From assembly GCA_023145965.1 (NCBI GenBank), contig JAGLDC010000037.1:1-62663 (forward strand): a stretch of DNA of 62,663 nucleotides. Direction: 5' to 3'. The notes under the pieces were generated by a model that saw only the letters and a program-made list of their open reading frames with translations, searched no databases and was not told the origin of the DNA. Within the stretch, counting starts at the first letter, position 1, and every line of letters begins with the position of its first letter. The position numbers were made by a program, and so were the translations under genes. The stretch is from a bacterium (GTDB lineage: Bacteria > UBP14 > UBA6098). Positions 57,640 through 62,663 of the stretch are shown one piece after another.

Positions 57640-60600
57640 ATGACGAATACTATAAAAAAATATGCCTTGATCTCGTTTTTGGTGATTTTCCCACAGATTC
57701 TTTTGGGAGGCGCAAAAATGGAGATTCACCCACTCGGTCCAAACCCCTATTTTCGCGGCGACCCCTGGATTTCGCAGGTCTCAGATCGCAATCTTCTTGG
57801 TCTCGATCGAGCTTCGCCGTGGGCTCTTCCGCGCCCTTCGAAAAATGCTGTTCCCGATACTATCAAGGTTCTTGTTATTCGCGTGGAGTTCCAACCTGAT
57901 AATACAAGCCGCACCACCGGAGATGGCACCTTCGATTTAAGCCCTTACGAGCAGTCCCCGCACCCTTTCGACCCTCTGCCGCATAATAAAGCTTATTTCG
58001 AGGCACACATGAAAGCGCTTAGAAATTATTATTTAGCAGTCAGTGACTCACAAGTTTATATCGATTTCGAGGTTTTTCCGGAGAGTGAAAATATTGCTTA
58101 TCGTCTTCCGGATTCCATGAGTTACTACGGCCCTGAGGGTTGGATGGGTTTCGATATGGCCGACAGAATGCAGCAATTCTTTAGGGATTCATGGGAGCTC
58201 GCCATCGCCGAGGGAGATTTCGATATCTTTGATTATGATGCTTATTTTGTTTTCCACGCTGGGAGCGATTGGCAGAACGATATTGCATCGAGTAATCCCG
58301 ACTATGTGGCCTATTGGCCCGATATTTTCATTCCCAGTCCAGATGACCTTCCCACCGGTTATTTGAAGCTTCCTTTCAAGATAGCCGACCGTATCGAGGA
58401 TGGGATAATTATGCCAGAGCATGGCTGGCAGGATGGTCAGATAACCTGCATAAATGGGGCTGTTGCCCACGAATTTGGGCATCAGCTAGGTTTGGTTGAC
58501 CTATACAATACCGGTAATTTTATTACGCAAGTCGGCGATTTTTCGCTGATGGACAACGGCTTTGCGGTCGGCGCGGACATAGGTTTCGATGTCGATGAGG
58601 ACGGCAATGTTTCCGATGACGAATTCTATTCAGTCTATGGGATGTTTCCGGGCTATCCCGACGCTTGGAGTAGGGCTTATCTCGGATTCGAGACTCCGGT
58701 CGAAGTTGTAGATGATTGCGATACCATTGTTTTAGAAGCCTGTGAGTTGCCCATGAACGAAGGGGTAACTCTAATTAAAATCCCGATTAACAGCTACGAA
58801 TATTATCTTATTGAAAACAGGCAGGACGACCTTGCCGGCGACGATGGTTTCTATAGCCTTAAACGAGATAGTCTAACCGGTGTCGTTATTGGAGCTCTCG
58901 CAGTTGACACCACGAAATTTACCTCGGCCTTGGATTTTCTTCTTCCGGGTCGCGGGTTTTTAATATGGCACATCGATGAGACTGTGGCCTATTCCGATGT
59001 CGATGGCAACGGGATCAATAATTTTAATGATAACACACTTCAATGGGACTTATCGCGGCGTTTTGTGGCCCTCGAAGAAGCTGATGGCTATGAAGACCTC
59101 GGGACTATAATTACCTTTGGCGAGCCACTCGATTATTTTTATTATGGCACTAACTTCGGCCCAAACACGAATCCCTCGACCTCGGCCAACGATGGCGGTT
59201 TTTCTGGGATACTCGTGGACAGCATGTCTGTTTCGGGTGATGAGATGCACCTTCGTATTCGCTTCGATAATGTTGTCCCGACACCCGATGTTATCACGAC
59301 GATATATCCTCTTTATGCCCCAATGCAGGCTGGCGATCTCGACGGTGATGGCTTCGATGAACTTCTTACAGAAGCCTATTATTTTAACGGCTCGGCTTAT
59401 GTTGGTTGTGTTCTTATCTGGAATTTGGATGGCACTCCCTTTATCGATAACGGTATAACCGTTTCTGGGTCAGAATTCGACGGAAATGTTATCCGCGCGG
59501 ACTATCCGGTTGCCGCGACCGTTAACGCTGAACGAGTTACACTTCCGGCTGTTGGTAATATCGACAGCGACGAGCTGGCCGAGGTGGTCGGCATCGATAC
59601 CGAGGGCTGGCTTCATGCGTGGAACCCTAGGGACCTCGTAGGGGGCTTCATGCGGGAGCTTTCAGGTTTCCCCGTTGAACTCGATAGTTCAGCGCAGCGG
59701 AGCGTCAGCCTATGGGACGTCGATTCTGACGGCGAATTAGAGATCGTAGCTTATGCTAATGAAAGATGGTATCTTGTCGATAATGACGGTTCGATTCTCG
59801 CCACCGGCGATGCTCGCGGTGAAATAATGGGAATTGCACCAACGGAACAAGGGCTTTTTGTTGCCGCTAAAAGGACGCTTGCTAAGATTATATTTTTTAG
59901 CTGGACAGGCGAGGTTATTCGAGAGAAACAGCTTTCCTCGGGCGATGTATCTTACCTTGCACGCGGCGATCTCGATGGCGATGGTATTTCAATGGAAATT
60001 GCATGCGCGGGGCGTTCCGGCGTTCTATTTGCTTTTGATTCCACCCTTGATTATCTCGGAGTTTTCCCGACAAACATAAACGATACATCACTTTCGAGTC
60101 CGGTTATAGTTGATATTGACGGCGACGATGTTCTGGAAGTTTTATCGACAGGAAGAAAAGGGCTTTATATTTATGAACCAACGGGAATTCCGCATGAAAA
60201 CGCGCCCTTCGGGCTCGAAAATGTCTTAGCATCTCCAATATTCGGGGGAGAATATGCGCTATTTCCCTCCGGTGATGGTCCAATTAAAGCTATAAATAGT
60301 TTTGGCGAATCACCTTATGGGTTTCCTTTGGGCGGGGCGCCATCGAATGCCGCACCCTGTTTTTTCAAGGGCTCGGAGGGTTATGGTCTTGCGCTCGGAA
60401 GCACAAACGGCTCGCTTTTAATATGGAATAACCTAGAAAATTCGCTTGATGATGGCGCGTGGCCGATGTGGGGTGCAGATGCAAGGCATACATTTTTACA
60501 GGCAAGCGAAGGATCGTGTCCGCTTGTAAGCGGTGAAGACGGCATAGAAATTTTCTATTGCTATCCCAATCCCGCAGAAAGATCTACCATTTTTCGTTAT

Positions 60601-60819
60601 TCTTTTTCCGGTTCTTCCCCGGAGAATGTCCAGATCAGAGTTTTCGATGCTGCGAATAACCTCATCGCAAGCCTAGATGGTCAGACTAACGCAGGGACGC
60701 CTCTCGAGCTTGAATGGAATACTGAGAAAGTCGGAAGTGGTGTGTATTGGGCAAGGTTATCTGGAGATTTTAAAGGAAAGACTATTTCAAATATTTTCAG
60801 AGTGGCGATTGTCAAATAA
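57640..60819 (+). CDS. M6 (immune inhibitor A-like) zinc metalloprotease with FG-GAP/VCBS repeats and T9SS type-A C-terminal sorting domain
   Basis: Starts 6 nt after the barrel gene. HEFGHQLGLVDLY (58468-58482 encodes HEFGH) matches the M6 HExxHxxGxxD motif. FG-GAP-like repeats GDLDGDGFDELL, GNIDSDELAEVV, WDVDSDGELEIV, GDLDGDGISMEI, VDIDGDDVLEVL. Tail YPNPAERSTIFRY...VFDAANNLI...GVYWARL...VAIVK. Confidence 0.8.
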   Translation: MTNTIKKYALISFLVIFPQILLGGAKMEIHPLGPNPYFRGDPWISQVSDRNLLGLDRASPWALPRPSKNAVPDTIKVLVIRVEFQPDNTSRTTGDGTFDLSPYEQSPHPFDPLPHNKAYFEAHMKALRNYYLAVSDSQVYIDFEVFPESENIAYRLPDSMSYYGPEGWMGFDMADRMQQFFRDSWELAIAEGDFDIFDYDAYFVFHAGSDWQNDIASSNPDYVAYWPDIFIPSPDDLPTGYLKLPFKIADRIEDGIIMPEHGWQDGQITCINGAVAHEFGHQLGLVDLYNTGNFITQVGDFSLMDNGFAVGADIGFDVDEDGNVSDDEFYSVYGMFPGYPDAWSRAYLGFETPVEVVDDCDTIVLEACELPMNEGVTLIKIPINSYEYYLIENRQDDLAGDDGFYSLKRDSLTGVVIGALAVDTTKFTSALDFLLPGRGFLIWHIDETVAYSDVDGNGINNFNDNTLQWDLSRRFVALEEADGYEDLGTIITFGEPLDYFYYGTNFGPNTNPSTSANDGGFSGILVDSMSVSGDEMHLRIRFDNVVPTPDVITTIYPLYAPMQAGDLDGDGFDELLTEAYYFNGSAYVGCVLIWNLDGTPFIDNGITVSGSEFDGNVIRADYPVAATVNAERVTLPAVGNIDSDELAEVVGIDTEGWLHAWNPRDLVGGFMRELSGFPVELDSSAQRSVSLWDVDSDGELEIVAYANERWYLVDNDGSILATGDARGEIMGIAPTEQGLFVAAKRTLAKIIFFSWTGEVIREKQLSSGDVSYLARGDLDGDGISMEIACAGRSGVLFAFDSTLDYLGVFPTNINDTSLSSPVIVDIDGDDVLEVLSTGRKGLYIYEPTGIPHENAPFGLENVLASPIFGGEYALFPSGDGPIKAINSFGESPYGFPLGGAPSNAAPCFFKGSEGYGLALGSTNGSLLIWNNLENSLDDGAWPMWGADARHTFLQASEGSCPLVSGEDGIEIFYCYPNPAERSTIFRYSFSGSSPENVQIRVFDAANNLIASLDGQTNAGTPLELEWNTEKVGSGVYWARLSGDFKGKTISNIFRVAIVK

Positions 60820-60963
60820 CCAAAAGGATTATAGATTCGTTTTTTTTGAATTAACATAATTAATCATTCCCGCGCAAACGGTCGATCAATGGATTACAAT
60901 CAGAGCGGAGAATATTACAATGAACCTAAATTGCATTTTTAGAATGAATAATCTGGAGGAATA

Positions 60964-61839
60964 ATGAAACATAGAATAGCAATCCTTTTAGTTGTTTTTG
61001 GTGCTGTTGCGGCATTTGCTGTTAGCCCAATACAAAAAATGTTATATATGCCGGTTTTAGCTCAGGTTGAACAGTCCGAGACGGAAGAGTTTCCCACTGG
61101 AGATAATGAGCTTTTCGACAGCGGCGTGCATAAGAACATTAAATCGAGCTTTCTGTTGTCTTTAGCGGTTCCTGGTGCTGGAGAGTTTTATGCTGGTAAT
61201 CCAATTAAAGCAGGCGCATTCTTTGCTGCGGAAGCCGCTCTATGGACGGGTGTTATCATTTATAATAATAAGGGCAACGATGGCGAGCAATCTTACCGCG
61301 ATTTCGCCGATGCACATTGGGAGTTCGATTATTATTACGATTGGTTCATCGGGTTTGGCGACGCAACCATATATACCGAGCAGTTGCCGGTTAATATGGT
61401 TATCGACGGAAGCGACACCACATATACGCCCGACAAGACTCACGATTATTATGAGATGATAGGGAAATATGACTGGTTCGTTCTCGGTTGGGAAGACCTT
61501 TCAAACCGAGATGCTATACGCGATTCGAGCACTATGCAATCCGAGGTGGACAAGATACTCGGGGTTCTTAAGGCGCATGAGGATGACAGTAATCTTCGTC
61601 TTGAATACATGAATATGCGTAAAGAAACCAACGACTATTTCACCTGGTCGAAGTATTTTATCGGCGCGGCTATCTTTAATCATTTCTTGAGTGCATTCGA
61701 TGCAGCTTGGACGGCCAAGCGCTCCAATGATAAACTATACGAAGGTTTCACTTTTGCCCCGCATATAGAAGCTCAGATGGGTTTCACGGCTTCGGGAGAA
61801 CCGGAACCACGGATAGCCATTAATCTTGCGAATTTTTAG
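60964..61839 (+). CDS. Membrane protein, DUF5683-like (paralogue 1)
   Basis: GGAGG SD and signal peptide. Helical hairpin SLAVPGAGEFYAGNPIKAGAFFAAEAALW, then an aromatic-rich domain. The family name is recalled from the PGxGQxY motif only. Confidence 0.45.
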   Translation: MKHRIAILLVVFGAVAAFAVSPIQKMLYMPVLAQVEQSETEEFPTGDNELFDSGVHKNIKSSFLLSLAVPGAGEFYAGNPIKAGAFFAAEAALWTGVIIYNNKGNDGEQSYRDFADAHWEFDYYYDWFIGFGDATIYTEQLPVNMVIDGSDTTYTPDKTHDYYEMIGKYDWFVLGWEDLSNRDAIRDSSTMQSEVDKILGVLKAHEDDSNLRLEYMNMRKETNDYFTWSKYFIGAAIFNHFLSAFDAAWTAKRSNDKLYEGFTFAPHIEAQMGFTASGEPEPRIAINLANF

Positions 61840-61858
61840 ATTGAGCAAAGGTTAAAAG

Positions 61859-62587
61859 GTGTTTAATAAAACAGTCATATTATTATTTTTTCTCTCAATT
61901 TTCTGTGGAAGTGCATTTGCTCAAGCCAAGGAGAACCCTTTTGGAGGAGGATCCGAGGTTTGGGAGCAGGAAGCCACGATTGAGAATATGCCCTCTAAAT
62001 GGACAGCCGCCGGCCTTTCGCTTCTCGTTCCGGGAGCTGGACAGCTATATCTCGGGAAAAAGAACTCCGCTCGGTATTTTCTTGCCGCAGAAGGATCGAT
62101 ATGGGGCGCTTTTGCTGGATATACGGTCTATGGCAATTGGCGGAAAGAAGATTATCATAACTACGCCGCAATTCACGCAGGAGTGAACCCATCGGGCAAA
62201 GACAATGCCTTTTTCGAAACACTCCTCGATTTTAATAGTCGCGACACTTACAATTACTGGATGCATTTGATATACCGCGACGAGGTGCCTCTTTACCCCA
62301 CTACAGATGAGTATTTTTGGGAATGGGAAAGCAATGCAGCGATGGACGAATACGCTAGTATAAGAGAATCTAGCGAGAAGGCTTATCGCACTGCACGGAC
62401 AATTCTAGGTGTAGCTTTAATAAACCGTGTCTTCAGTGTCGTGGATATTTTTAGAACCGATGTCTATAGTCTTAGATCGGGTGATGGTAGTTTGAGTGAT
62501 AATGGAGATTTTATGCCACAGGCTTATGTTGGAACTGCAAATAACGGTTCTCCGACTATAGGCCTTCGCTTCGTGAAGAATTTTTGA
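61859..62587 (+). CDS. Membrane protein, DUF5683-like (paralogue 2)
   Basis: GTG start and signal peptide (AFAQ). SLLVPGAGQLYLGKKNSARYFLAAEGSIW hairpin is homologous to the preceding ORF. Confidence 0.45.
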   Translation: MFNKTVILLFFLSIFCGSAFAQAKENPFGGGSEVWEQEATIENMPSKWTAAGLSLLVPGAGQLYLGKKNSARYFLAAEGSIWGAFAGYTVYGNWRKEDYHNYAAIHAGVNPSGKDNAFFETLLDFNSRDTYNYWMHLIYRDEVPLYPTTDEYFWEWESNAAMDEYASIRESSEKAYRTARTILGVALINRVFSVVDIFRTDVYSLRSGDGSLSDNGDFMPQAYVGTANNGSPTIGLRFVKNF

Positions 62588-62599
62588 TTATCCTGTTTG

Positions 62600-62663
62600 A
62601 TGGGGAGCGTGGTGTCAACAATAATTGTTTATGCGACGAAGTATGGCACATCGGGGAATTGCG
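62600..62663 (+). CDS. 5' fragment of a possible flavodoxin-fold protein (runs off window)
   Basis: ATG at 62600 (or GTG at 62609) behind GGGGAG. MGSVVSTIIVYATKYGTSGNC resembles flavodoxin-like N-termini (IVYxSxYGxT). Only 21 codons are visible. Confidence 0.25.
   Translation, partial: MGSVVSTIIVYATKYGTSGNC

Noticed and set aside
1-62663. Search for CRISPR arrays, tRNA/rRNA genes, transposases, integrases, prophage genes, or defence or toxin-antitoxin modules.
   Set aside because: I found no spaced direct repeats and no tRNA-like cloverleaf in any intergenic gap. The GGTTCGA at about 13424 lacks the rest of a T-arm and acceptor stem. No ORF shows DDE, tyrosine-recombinase or serine-recombinase motifs. 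This was visual inspection only, so tRNAscan or Infernal should confirm it.

Overview
This is 62.7 kb of chromosomal DNA from a diderm (Gram-negative) bacterium, with about 55 tightly packed CDS. I saw no rRNA, tRNA, CRISPR array, transposase, integrase or prophage genes. Family names below come from motifs I recognise in the translated ORFs, not from any database search.

**Housekeeping genes**
- lepA (cut by the 5' edge), kdsA, recR, ppx/gppA-family, uvrA, mlaEFD, tmk and an S41 tail-specific protease.
- A long translationally coupled minus-strand operon: LytR_C protein, rsfS, argS, rho, addB-like, addA-like.
- A thiD-PAP2-NUDIX-lipoprotein operon.

**Envelope and secretion content**
- A pilMNO(P)Q type IV pilus operon plus an orphan pilin.
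- Five large secreted proteins ending in a T9SS type-A C-terminal sorting domain (PNPF...GxY...K/R):
  - an M4/M36-like metalloprotease;
  - a 771-aa multidomain protein;
  - a Pmp-like beta-helix protein;
  - a C25 PorU-like peptidase;
  - an M6 InhA-like/FG-GAP protease.

**Most interesting region (42.2-62.6 kb)**
- One ORF carries a FlgD-Ig / type-B-CTD-like tail. It is followed 8 nt later by a PorV/PorQ-like barrel fused to CARDB and several OmpA-like peptidoglycan-binding modules.
- A PorU-like C25 sortase gene is followed by a PorV-like barrel of about twice normal size. That barrel carries a ~460-aa insertion of WxGTxxGL propeller-type repeats.
- An M6 cargo protease starts 6 nt after the barrel, and two paralogous small membrane proteins follow it.
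- Together these look like a non-canonical T9SS outer-membrane attachment module, with PorE-type modules (propeller, OmpA_C) fused onto barrels.

**Lineage**
- Genes use canonical sigma70 promoters (TTGACA-17-TATACT) and strong GGAGG Shine-Dalgarno sites.
- This argues for a lineage outside Bacteroidota, probably an uncultivated member of the FCB group. That placement is inference.

**Other oddities**
- A Rho with a 146-aa K/E/P-rich N-terminal extension and a second SD-ATG at codon 129.
- An AddAB-like pair in which both subunits carry Cas4/AddB-type cysteine staples.
- A LolB-like lipoprotein whose signal peptide has no canonical start codon.
- A 125-nt GC-clamped structured element in the thiD/porU intergenic region.
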